64,000 nt of DNA from Phoronis australis (taxonomy: Eukaryota; Animalia; Phoronida), in assembly GCA_002633005.1 (NCBI GenBank), contig NMRA01000274.1, forward strand, positions 507,375-571,374. The letters run 5' to 3'. Positions 22,508 through 33,360 of this stretch are shown here, in pieces. Both the position numbers and the translations under genes were made by a program. The notes below the pieces were generated by a model that was not told the DNA's origin, did no database searches, and saw only the letters and a list, made by a program, of their open reading frames with translations. The first letter of the stretch is position 1. Every line of letters starts with the position of its first letter.

Positions 22508-24269
22508 CGGTTAGCTCCTCTAGTCAACTGCGTTCATTCTCTGAGCAAGGCGAGCATCCTGCATCATTGATGTGTTTATTGGATTTGTTTGAGGACGAAT
22601 GAATGCCGCCGCTTCGAAGTAAAACTACAGTGCAATTTAAATTCTGTGGCGTACACCCACTCCGTTGCACATCCATCAGACACTTTTTCGAAATTGTCTT
22701 CGTGCTTCTCAGGTGACCCACAATTTTGCGTCGGATTTCTTTCTATAGTTCACCCTCCAGTGCCTTTGCGTTGATACTGCTTCACAGAACATTACCATGA
22801 CGACACTTGAAGATTTGAACAGTTCTGTCAATATCATTGGAAGTGCAGTGTGGATTTCCTCATTTGTCCTGTTCAATTCAAAAATTCCCAGCATTTCAGA
22901 AACTATGTTAATTTTAGATGAAGACAAGCTCAATTCAGGATAGCGCTATTAAAATCGGTGATTGCGTTCTGTTTCGTGCAAAGTGACTTGATACACGAGT
23001 CAGAAATCCTGTCTTTTGCTACACACAACTATTTCTGAAAAAAGCAAAATTATTTGGTCTCTGAGAATACTCCCATAACTGCTCATTACTAAGATAGTTT
23101 GTATGAATTATGACTCTACTGTGATGAGCTTGTGGTTTCATGGCTAAACTTTCACTTTGTAACAATGGGAGCGCAAGACCAAACTTCTGACTCCGGTCTT
23201 ACATCACTTTTCATGGTCAGACCCCTCGGGCCTGTTTCTGGAAGAGTCTATTGACTTTTGACCTTCAGCTAAATAGTCTATGGATTGATCTGTTTTACTA
23301 GCTAAAGGTAAAAGTCAGAAAATCCATCTACAACTCCAAGTTAAAAATAGAAATCCATAGTCTGCTCTACTAGACAGAAGGCAAATGTTTATTGAAAGAA
23401 AAAAGATCAACATTTGGCTGTTAGTAGTCAGATTTCTGACTTATGACCAATAGTCTCTTGGAGAAATATGACTATGGAGTTTCCTTACAATTCCATGGCT
23501 CCAGTGGGAAATTTAGTGACACAGTAAACTCTCAATTTACCTCACCAGATGGCAGACATGTGGAATATTGATGTCAAATTTCTCAGACAATAAATGCTGC
23601 AAAAATTACTTAACTTTATCATTTGCAATATTTATACTGAACTGCTATGATCATAGAGCAAAACTTTGATATTAGAGATTTAAAACTGTGATCAAATCAG
23701 CCTTAGTTTGAAAAATGAAAACATTGCTATTTTGTGAATAATTTTCATGCGACAGATAGTTTACCATCTTCCAATTTGGCTATAATAACTTATTGAAGTT
23801 TTTCTGGTGTTTGGAACTGTGTATTGCACCATTTTATGGTGGTCCAGCGTATTGAGAGGAATCAAGTAGCCCTGGACAGATCGTGGTGTCAGCACTTGTT
23901 TATGGCTGATTATTGGTGATCACTAAGCTTACAAAGCAACCATTTTGAATAGCCATTTTCCAATATAGCAGTGACATGTAGAAACATGTTTTGTCACTAG
24001 ATGGCGATAGATTAGTTGGTGGACTAGGTTCTGTAGTCTTTTATGGAATTAAACCATAGTAATATTTCCCATTTTGTTGGAAAGTTTTTGCGACCATCAT
24101 GCGTCAATTGCCACTGCTGTGTTGGGCTCTTCAAGTGCGTAATGAAAAGTTGCTGAGATGAAATCTTAGTTATTTCATGGACTATAAACTGGACACACTG
24201 ATGTGACAAGGCTGTAGAACACTCAGATTGGAAATTAATAATGTTGATACTATTCAATCAGATCAACCA

Positions 24270-24680
24270 TCGGGGAGGATATCTATTCCTTATGTAGAAA
24301 GACTTTCTGAACAATTCCGATCTGTGTTCAGGACATTTGATAATCACCATGTCTTTCAAACCTGTTGGCACTGTGAGACAAAAACTCGTGCATCCTTGGG
24401 ACAAACTACCCAAGTAAAAATAGTTAATGTGGTCTATGGATTACAGTGAGGAGAGTGCCCTGAAACTTATGTAGGTAAAACTAAGCTGTCCTTTAAATCA
24501 CAGTTGTTCCAACATCGTCAGACTCTATCGTTTTCACCCACTGTAAGGGATCTGGTCACAGCTTTGACCTTGACAATGTACTAATCCTTGAGGAGAAAAA
24601 TTTGTTTGAACGAGGAGTCAAGGAGTGTATATATGAAAGAATTGAACTAAAAATCCATCTTTTAACCGAAGAGGAGGCTA
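24270..24680 (+). mobile_element. Penelope-like element GIY-YIG endonuclease remnant (copy 1)
   Basis: Broken frames read SIPYVERLSEQ...VVYGLQ*GECPETYVGKTK...QHR...GHSFDLDNVLILE...ERGVKECIY. Confidence 0.8.
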
Positions 24681-24879
24681 TCACAATAAAAATAATATAC
24701 TTTTAATTAGGTATTTGTAACAGAGTTTGAAAAATTAACTTGCACTAAATAACAACTGACATTTTCTTTATTTTGTATACAATTATGTACAAGGTGGCTA
24801 TGCCCGTGTGGATGCATCCCTTAAAATTGCCACAACGAATGTTCTGGTGGCATACATCTTGGTCATGTCAATCTTTGTG

Positions 24880-25296
24880 TTAACTTGGAGCCTGGCCATA
24901 CTGTTGAATGGCATTTTTAAGCCTTTCCCAGAATAAGGTTTGTCCTTGCGCATCATTGGTCCATTCCAAGAACGTCTTTTTCCGCATAAGGAATCTAAGA
25001 ATCGGAGTCATGTGTTCAAAGCTGACATCCTCAACAAGTATTATAATCAGTGATTGTCTTGCCTTTTGAGCATTATGCAGTGCATTAGCATGGGCGAGAT
25101 TAACTTCAAATTTACACCACTCGCTCTGGACAAAGTTCTGCGTGAGCACGACTAAAACTTTTCTACTTTTTTCTATGCTCTCTGCTATGTTCTCAGAGAT
25201 TTCACGGCCCAGTTTGAAGTCTCGCTCATGGACGCACATCTTGTAGCCAAATTCGTTCTCGAGTTTGGGCAAAAGCTGTTGTGTGACCAGATTACT
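24880..25296 (-). other. TLR TIR-coding fragment truncated by assembly gap; allelic or duplicate copy of the TLR-B 3' end
   Basis: Protein identical to TLR-B from SNLVTQQ to the stop; sequence beyond the n at 25297 is unrelated. Confidence 0.8.
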
Positions 25297-27258
25297 NCTA
25301 CACACTCTAAAACTTACTGAAGTTCTTATGGTGAATTTTTCGCTTAAAACGTTAAAACAACTAAAGAGATGGTAGATGGGTCGTGGAATAACTGTAAATG
25401 GACGAAGAAAATGTGAACTTATGTTGTGCAAAGCTGTGAACGGACTGAAATTGGAACTTAACCCGCTCTAGGCCTGAATGGCGCAGGCCATACAAGGGTG
25501 ATAGTGTATCCCCATAAAAAGATATTCACTTCAAAATACAGGAAATAAAATCAAATGAAACATGCATATGTGCACATGAAGTTATAATTAACACATACCC
25601 TGACTCTGGACACAATTTAGTCTACAAATAACTTGAGCATATTCATGAAAACCTCGCGGTTCTCTCGAGTTTCTCTCACTAGCTGCCATTTTAAGGAAGT
25701 TACGTGAAATCACGCCTGTTGACGAACAAAAAGTCCAAGGGACACAAATCTTACAAATTTCACTTGACATTTTTTCATGCTATTTTGCAAGTGTCACGCG
25801 CCAGATCTCGCGCTTCGCTCAGTCTCGCGCTAGCCTTTGCCTCATACTCACCTGACTCAGTTGAAATATTTGATTGTGGTTATCGCGCGCGCGGACAAAG
25901 TTAACAGTAACCACAAAGTGGAGTTGGAATTCTTCGCTAAAGTCACCTGAATTCCCGTATATATGCTTCATCGAAGATATGTTTAGAAGCAGAAAGAGTC
26001 ACTGAAGAAAGTAAGAGCCTTTTAGGTGGTAATTTTAGGTGTAGAATGTATTTTTGACGAGGTGAAAACTTTATCAGTAAGCGGATTTCGCCTACCGCCC
26101 GTTCAAAATACACGGGACGAAATTATTACAGAACGCAATAGAAGGTATTGTAGTGCGAATCTGAAGTTCATTTGCCATAACAGCAATGCTTTTTGGACAT
26201 TTTTCGAACTAAACGGCTAAAAACTCGAAGACAATAACAGAATACACTCTGCTAACGTATTGGGCAAATAGTCAAACGACAAGCTTTTGCCCCATTTCCC
26301 GTGACGTCACAGTTAAGTCTCACATAATCTCGCGTTATTGTTATAAACTCGCAAAAGGCCTATTGTGTATTTGCCTTATTTCACTGTAGACTTTTTATTT
26401 GTTTTTAAAAGTGGGCAGGGTTTCCGCCAAAACGTCATTAGATTTGGCGATAGTTGAGTGAATTTTGGGTGAACTAACTGTGATTAAAATCCATTTTACG
26501 AAGCTTTTAACTTGAATGAAGCTTGGAGTATCTTTAAAATTTTGAATTTTAACCTGATCTTTTGCAGTCATTCATCCTTTGCCTCAGTTTTTGTTGCATT
26601 TAATTTTTTCAGTCTTTATGTAGAGCCATTGTCGGTGTAGGAATAACTATGCATTTGTCAAGAATGAGCAAAGTGGCAAACTTTTTAATAAAAATGTTAA
26701 TCATTTTTCTTTGGTAAAAGGGAAATTATGGGGCATATTGTCGAGTGAGTTTTATGTACTTACAAGATCTCAGTGAGTACCGCTAAAGCGTGAACTGTGA
26801 CTTGTGAGTGTATTTTATTGATTTCTGTACATATAAATGCTCTAAATCCAATACTTTATCAGGTAAACATGTTTTTGCAATCTGCTTTTTCCCATATTTG
26901 CAGTGCAGTGCTGTGATGAAGTGTCTCTATAACTTTTGATGTTTGTTATATGCTACTTGCTGTTTTATGAAAAGTGACTGAAATTCGGTCTTGCTCTCCC
27001 CATTACTATTTCTAATCCCAATTGAGCAAAAGTGCTAAGCTTCTGAGAATATAAACATAACTGCTAGTTATTGAGATAATTTTTATTCAATATTTCTAGA
27101 CTATGATTTGCTCATAATTCTTTAGCTAAACCTTTATTGTGAAGTGGGGAACGTAAGACTAAATTTTGTCCTAAGTTTTTAGTCACTTTCATGAAACGGA
27201 CCCAAGACGATCATGTTTCTTTTTTAAAACGTTTTTGTGTTTGCGTTTGTCTTTGCAG

Positions 27259-27359
27259 TGTTATGTAGCCATCCACATCTTGTATGTATGGCTATGATTG
27301 GAATATGCTATGGAGTTCAGTATTCAACCTCAAACTTTATGAGAGATCTCATCACTTAA
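27259..27359 (+). other. ARV1: Second copy of ARV1 terminal exon (same protein), within the probable haplotype duplicate
   Basis: TTTGCAG acceptor; VLCSHPHLVCMAMIGICYGVQYSTSNFMRDLIT*. Confidence 0.75.
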
Positions 27360-29079
27360 CGGTTAGCTCCACTAGTCAACTTCGTTCATTCTCTGAGCAA
27401 GGCGAGCATCCTGCATCATTGATGTGTTTATTGGATTTGTTTGAGGACGAATGAATGCCGCCGCTTCGAAGTAAAACTACAGTGCAATTTAAATTCTGTG
27501 GTGTACACCCACTCTGTTGCACATCCATCAGACTCTTTTTCGAAATTGTCTTCGTGCTTCTCAGGTGACCCACAATTTTGCGTCGGATTTCTTTCTATAG
27601 TTGACCCTCCAGTGCCTTTGCATTGATACTGCTTCACAGAGCATTACCATGACGACACTTGAAGATTTGAACAGTTCTGTGAATATCATTGGAAGTGCAG
27701 TGTTCAATTCAAAAGTTCCCAGCATTTCAGAACCTATGTTAATTTTAGATGAAGACAAGCGCTATTGAAATCAGTGCTTGCGTTCTGTTTCACGAAAAGT
27801 GACTTGATACACGAGTCAGAAATCCCGTCTTTTGCTACACACAACTATTTCTGAAAAAAGCAAAATTGTTAGGTCTCTGAGAATACTCCCATAACTGCTC
27901 ATTACTAAAATAGTTTGAATGAATTATTTCTAGACTTTGATGAGCTTATGGTTTCATGGCTAAACCTTCATTCTGTAACAATGGAAGCATAAGACCAAAC
28001 TTCTGACTCCGGTCTTACATCACTTTTCATGGTCAGACCCCTCGGGCTTGTTTCTGGAAGAGTCTATTGATTTTTGACCTTCAGCTAAATAGTTTATGGA
28101 CTGGTCTGTTGTACTAGCTAGAGGTAAAAGTCAGAAAATCCGTCTACAACTCCAAGTTAAAAATAGAAATCTATAGTCTGCTCTACTAGACAGAAGGCAA
28201 ACGTTTATTGAAAGAAAAAAAATCAACATTTGGCTGTTAGTAGTCAGATTTCTGACTTATGACCAATAGTCTCTTGGAGAAATATGACTATGGAGTTTCC
28301 TTACAATTCCATGGCTCCAGTGGGAAATTTAGTGACACAGTAAACTCTCAATTTACCTCACCAGATGGCAGACATGTGGAATATTATTATGTCAAATTTC
28401 TCAGACAATAAATGCTGCAAAAATTACTTAACTTTATCATTTGCAATATTTATACTGAACTGCTATCATAGAGCAAAACTTTGATATTAGAGATTTAAAA
28501 CTGTGATCAAATCAGCCTTAGTTTGAAAAATGAAAACATTGCTATTTTGTGAATAATTTTCATGCGACAGATAGTTTACCATCTTCCAATTTGGCCGCAT
28601 AATAACTTATTGAAGTTTTTCTGGTGTTTGGAACTGTGTATTGCACCATTTTATGGTGGTCCAGCGTATTGAGAGGAATCAAGTAGCCCTGGACAGATCG
28701 TGGTGTCAGCGCTTGTTTATGGCTGATTATTGGTGATCACTAAGCTTACAAAGCAACCATTTCGCCATTTTCCAATATAGCAGTGACATGTAGAAACATG
28801 TTTTGTCACTAGATGGCGATAGATTAGTTGGTGGACTGGGTTCTGCAGTCTTTTATGGAATTAAACCATAGTGATATTTCTCATTTTGTTGGAATTTTTT
28901 TGCGACCATCATGCGTCATTTGCCACTGCTGTGTTGGGCTCTTCAAGTGCATAATGAAAAGTTGCTGAGATGAAATCTTAGTTATTTCATGGACTATAAA
29001 CTGGACACACTAATGTGACAAGGCTGTAGAACACCCAGATTGGAAATTAATAATGTTGATACTACTCAATCAGATCAAC

Positions 29080-29490
29080 CATCGGGGAGGATATCTATTC
29101 CTTATGTAGAAAGACTTTCTGAACAATTCCGATTTGTGTTCAGGACATTTGATATCACCACGTCTTTCAAACCTGTTGGCACTGTGAGACAAAAACTCGT
29201 GCATCCTTAGGACAAACTACCCAAGTAAAAATAGTTAATGTGGTCTATGGAATACAGTGAGGAGAGTGCCCTGAAACTTATGTAGGTAAAACTAAGCTGT
29301 CCTTTAAATCACGGTTGTTCCAACATCGTCTGACTACCGTTTTTACCCACTGTAAGGGATCTGGTCACAGCTTTGACCTTGACAATGTACTAATCCTTGA
29401 GGAGAAAAATTTTTTTGAACGAGGAGTCAAGGAGTGTATATATGAAAGAATTGAACTAAAAATCCATCTTTTAACCGAAGAGGAGGCTAT
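29080..29490 (+). mobile_element. Penelope-like element GIY-YIG remnant (copy 2)
   Basis: Same motifs as 24270-24680, including ORF 29315-29539 (QHRLTTVFTHCKGSGHSFDLDNV). Confidence 0.8.
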
Positions 29491-29688
29491 CACAATAAAA
29501 ATAATATACTTTTTATTAGGTATTTGTAGCAGAGTTTGAAAAATTAAATTGCACTAAATAACAACTGACATTTTCTTTATTTTGTATACAATTATGTACA
29601 AGGTGGCTGTGCCCGTGTGGATGCATCCCTTAAAATTGCCACAACGAATGTTCTGGTGGCATACATCTTGGTCATGTCAATCTTTATG

Positions 29689-32220
29689 TTAACTTGGAGC
29701 CTGGCCATACTGTTGAATGGCATTTTTAAGCCTTTCCCAGAATAAGGTTTGTCCTTGCGCATCATTGGTCCATTCCAAGAACGTCTTTTTCCGCATAAGG
29801 AACCTAAGAATCGGAGTCATGTGCTCAAAGCTGACGTCCTCAACAAGTATTATAATCAGTGATTGTCTTGCCTTTTGAGCATTATGCAGTGCATTAGCAT
29901 GGGCGAGATTAACTTCAAATTTACACCACTCGCTCTGGACAAAGTTTTGCGTGAGCACGACTAAAACTTTTCTACTTTTTTCTATGCTCTCTGCTATGTT
30001 CTCAGAGATTTCACGGCCCAGTTTGAAGTCTCGCTCATGGACGCACATCTTGTAGCCAAATTCGTTCTCGAGTTTGGGCAAAAGCTGTTGTGTGACCAGA
30101 TTACTGTCTTCTCCACTGTATGTAATGAAACAGTCATAGGTGTACAACAGACCGTCTGTTTCTTCCAAATGTGTGGACCGTCTTGATCGCAGTAGAAATA
30201 TCCAATAACGAATATACCACCGATGTTTATAAAGTAGGCCAATAACAGTGAAGATGACAGTGAACAGACCAAAGCCAGACCCACAAAGTATAGCGAGCAG
30301 ACGGTGACATTCAAAAAATGTCGGTCTGTACTGCAGTAGACTTTTGTTGTTTTTCAAATTTGAACATTTGTACGAAATCTTATGTGAGATCTTGAGTGTG
30401 AAAGTTTTATTGGCATGCATCTGGCCAACCCAGTCGACATACCAAGCCAAGTTGCAGTCACAAATATAGGGATTATGAAATCCCTGAAAATGGTTCAGTG
30501 TGGATAACACTGGTCGGAGAGAGCTTTGGTTAATTGTACGGATTTGGTTCATCGATACGTCTAGTGAGCGAAGGTTCTTAAGATTTTCTAAGACTGCACC
30601 GTTCCATCCAGATAGTTGATTTTTTCGTAAAATCAGACGCTCCAGACTTGTGAGATCTTTAAATAGTCGTTCAGGCAACCCGTTCAAGGCGGTGGAACTC
30701 AAGTCCAGCACTTTCAATTTGACGAGACCTTCAAACAGGCATTCTGGTTTGAAACTGCTGTCATTGTGAAAATAAATATCAATGCCCAGATCCACAAAAT
30801 TTAAGCTCAGATGTTCGAGACTTGTTAGGTTCGCAAAGTAGCAGGCTTGTCCAGCTTTCCATCTGTTTCCACTTAACGTCAAGGACTTCATGTTTCTAAG
30901 GCCTGAGAATGTGCGATTCCCAATGCTTTTTATCTCATTATCATTCAACTTAAAGAACTTGATTTGCAGAAGTGGGTGGAGTAGATCCTCGCTCAATTCT
31001 TGTAGTAAATTATGTGACAGGTTCAGAGCTGTAAGTTGCTCTAATCCGGAAAAGGGAGACCGTCCATATACCTTGTCAGTCTTTAGGATATTGTTGAAAG
31101 TGAGGTCGATGAATTGTATATTTGGTAGGAATGGATTTCCTTCCTCATTGGCGAAGATGGGCAACTGCAAAATACTGCATTTACAGAGCAGTAACACTTT
31201 TAATCTAATCAATCCTTGGAGTGCTCTGGGCTCAAAATAAGTCAACTTTCGGTTCTTTATCATGATCAGAATAGACAAATGGCTTTGATTGATGAATGTG
31301 TCATTCCCGATTGTAGAGAACTCGTTTCCAGAAATATTCAGATAAGTCAACTGTCCGAAGCACAAAAATGTCCCGGTGATATTCTGGAGATTTGTACAAC
31401 TCAACCCAAGTCGCCTTAATGGTGCTTGACAAAGCTGTTGTAACATTAAGTCGATAGATTTCTTTGACATGGATAACCCGTTCTCAGAAAGGTCCAGCTC
31501 TTGAAGATGTGTGAATCCCGCAAATGTTCCAACTTCAATGTGTGAAATGTCATTACTCAGTAAGTGAAGTTGCTTCAATCTCGCATATCTGATCGTTGAG
31601 AAGCTGCTATTTGTCAAAGAATCTAGACTGTTTTGAGAAATGCTCATTTGTTTCAGTTCCCTCAAGTTTCGAAAACCTTCTCCCAAAGTTGAGTTGGTGA
31701 TCAGATTTCTATCCAAGTTAAGCACCGAGAGCTTTTTAAGCTTAGTCAATACTTGATCAGGTATACAAGCCAGACTTGTTCTTTTAAGTGAAAGTTTCTT
31801 CAAGTTTTCAGCACCCATAAAAGTTCCTGTGAAACTGTTATTTAGGTAACTCAGGTTATTCCATGAGAGGTCAATTAGTTGAAGATTTTTTAATCCGAAA
31901 AAGGCGTTCTCTTGAATAAAATTTATTCTGTTGTTTCTCAGGTATAGAAATTTCAACTGTGTGAGATTAGCGAACGAGTTCTCTCTCAATGTCTGTAGTA
32001 TACTGTTTTCCAAAATAAGGTGCTGTGTGTCAGTTGGAATGTCCGACGGAACCTCTCTCAGGCGCTTCTTGTGTTTCCTGCCATCACATACCACATGCTT
32101 CTTTCGTGGGTAATTACACTTGCATTTCACCGGACAGTTTCCACCTATCACACTAGTGATCACTTGCAGTAGAATCGCTGCAATCCCCAATCCCAACAGT
32201 GATTTCTGTATGATATACAT
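29689..32220 (-). CDS. Toll-like receptor B (single cysteine cluster type), full length, BB-loop Pro->Leu
   Basis: 843-aa intronless ORF paralogous to TLR-A; TIR box2 reads HERDFKLG; stop is four codons earlier than in A. Confidence 0.96.
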   Translation of the reverse strand: MYIIQKSLLGLGIAAILLQVITSVIGGNCPVKCKCNYPRKKHVVCDGRKHKKRLREVPSDIPTDTQHLILENSILQTLRENSFANLTQLKFLYLRNNRINFIQENAFFGLKNLQLIDLSWNNLSYLNNSFTGTFMGAENLKKLSLKRTSLACIPDQVLTKLKKLSVLNLDRNLITNSTLGEGFRNLRELKQMSISQNSLDSLTNSSFSTIRYARLKQLHLLSNDISHIEVGTFAGFTHLQELDLSENGLSMSKKSIDLMLQQLCQAPLRRLGLSCTNLQNITGTFLCFGQLTYLNISGNEFSTIGNDTFINQSHLSILIMIKNRKLTYFEPRALQGLIRLKVLLLCKCSILQLPIFANEEGNPFLPNIQFIDLTFNNILKTDKVYGRSPFSGLEQLTALNLSHNLLQELSEDLLHPLLQIKFFKLNDNEIKSIGNRTFSGLRNMKSLTLSGNRWKAGQACYFANLTSLEHLSLNFVDLGIDIYFHNDSSFKPECLFEGLVKLKVLDLSSTALNGLPERLFKDLTSLERLILRKNQLSGWNGAVLENLKNLRSLDVSMNQIRTINQSSLRPVLSTLNHFQGFHNPYICDCNLAWYVDWVGQMHANKTFTLKISHKISYKCSNLKNNKSLLQYRPTFFECHRLLAILCGSGFGLFTVIFTVIGLLYKHRWYIRYWIFLLRSRRSTHLEETDGLLYTYDCFITYSGEDSNLVTQQLLPKLENEFGYKMCVHERDFKLGREISENIAESIEKSRKVLVVLTQNFVQSEWCKFEVNLAHANALHNAQKARQSLIIILVEDVSFEHMTPILRFLMRKKTFLEWTNDAQGQTLFWERLKNAIQQYGQAPS

Positions 32221-33360
32221 TGCCTACATTTGTTGACAACCAGTTCTTGCAGGCTAAAATATGAAAAAGTCACTACATTTTCTATTGTTGTATCTAAGAT
32301 TGTTTGCTCAAAACTAACCAGCACCAGTCTTCCTTGTTGACTGATGTGTCATCTATATGTTTCGTGTAACATGAACTTCCTGGTTGACTAGGGATTTTGG
32401 CCTGCCCTGGATGGATACAGCATGGTTATAACCTCAGCTGCAAGCCATGGAGTAAGGGAGGCACAGTAATATGAACGTAAGTGATCCCCTGCAACCCATG
32501 TAACAGTGAGTCACCTCTTGTACATCGAGCTACAGTTGTTTGGTTGTCGTGAAAACTTGTAATTTAATTAATAAACCATCGGTAACTTCGGGGGGGTTCA
32601 TTCTAGTCTTGTTATGCGTAGGCAAAAAATCTGCACTTGGCATGATATGCTGCCAATATTGGTTTTTATGTTTGCCTTAATCTGTATTTTTCGGTATCTT
32701 GATAAATTTGCATGAAATTTAGCAAATAGGTCTCTATTTAAGAGACGATGATGCCTTCCTGTTTTGAGGATCATTTGACGTATTCTGCGCCACTAATGGT
32801 GCCATTTTTTGAAGAAATTGAGTATTATTTTATGTTTTTGATTTCTGCTCAAGAGATCATTATGAAAGTTGGGAAATCATTGTGTTCCCGTTGAGAAGAC
32901 TGCCGCTCTGACACTGATTGGATAGGTTCGACTGCTGCTTCGATGCCTAGTGGCATTTTTTGCGAGTATAGTTGTGTCTCCTTAACTCTTTGGATGATTT
33001 TGTGTGAAATTTGGCAGATGTGTTCACGCGGCGGACATTAAAATCCAAAGCGAGGCTCACTGCGATAAATAAAGCGGAAGATGACATTGCGTGAGTTAAA
33101 TGGCCGGTCTTTCTAGTCCAAGCTGGACGGGATATTAAATCTTTAAAATGTGTCGATAATTAACCACAGAGACGTAGAAAAATACATTAGAGAACAAGTC
33201 AATGCACCAAAGAGTTGTCTGACGAAAGGGTATAAGTTTTTTTCGGAAAACAAGGTTCGAAACTTGAAAAGTAAATGTGACCAAATTGCGGCGACAGCAG
33301 TCTTATGGATTAGGTATCATGCTGAATGCAGGGTTACGTTTCTTCTTGCAAATTGTCGAT

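Larger units (their letters stand above)
21501..30105. repeat. Near-identical 3.8-kb duplication (21501-25296 vs 26362-30105) across N gap 25297; probable uncollapsed haplotype
   Basis: Both copies carry ARV1 exon 6, its 3' flank, the Penelope fragment and the TLR-B 3' end; the first copy stops exactly at the n. Confidence 0.8.

Noticed and set aside
22524-22933. Cys-containing minus-strand ORFs repeated at 27376-27758 and 43386-43900 as a possible secreted ligand gene
   Set aside because: Frames are not preserved between copies, there is no signal peptide or coherent cystine-knot spacing, and the region is best explained as ARV1 3' UTR/flank.
24880-25431. 183-aa stand-alone TIR-only protein
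   Set aside because: The ORF reads through the n at 25297; the TIR is identical to TLR-B and the N-terminus is unrelated sequence across the gap.
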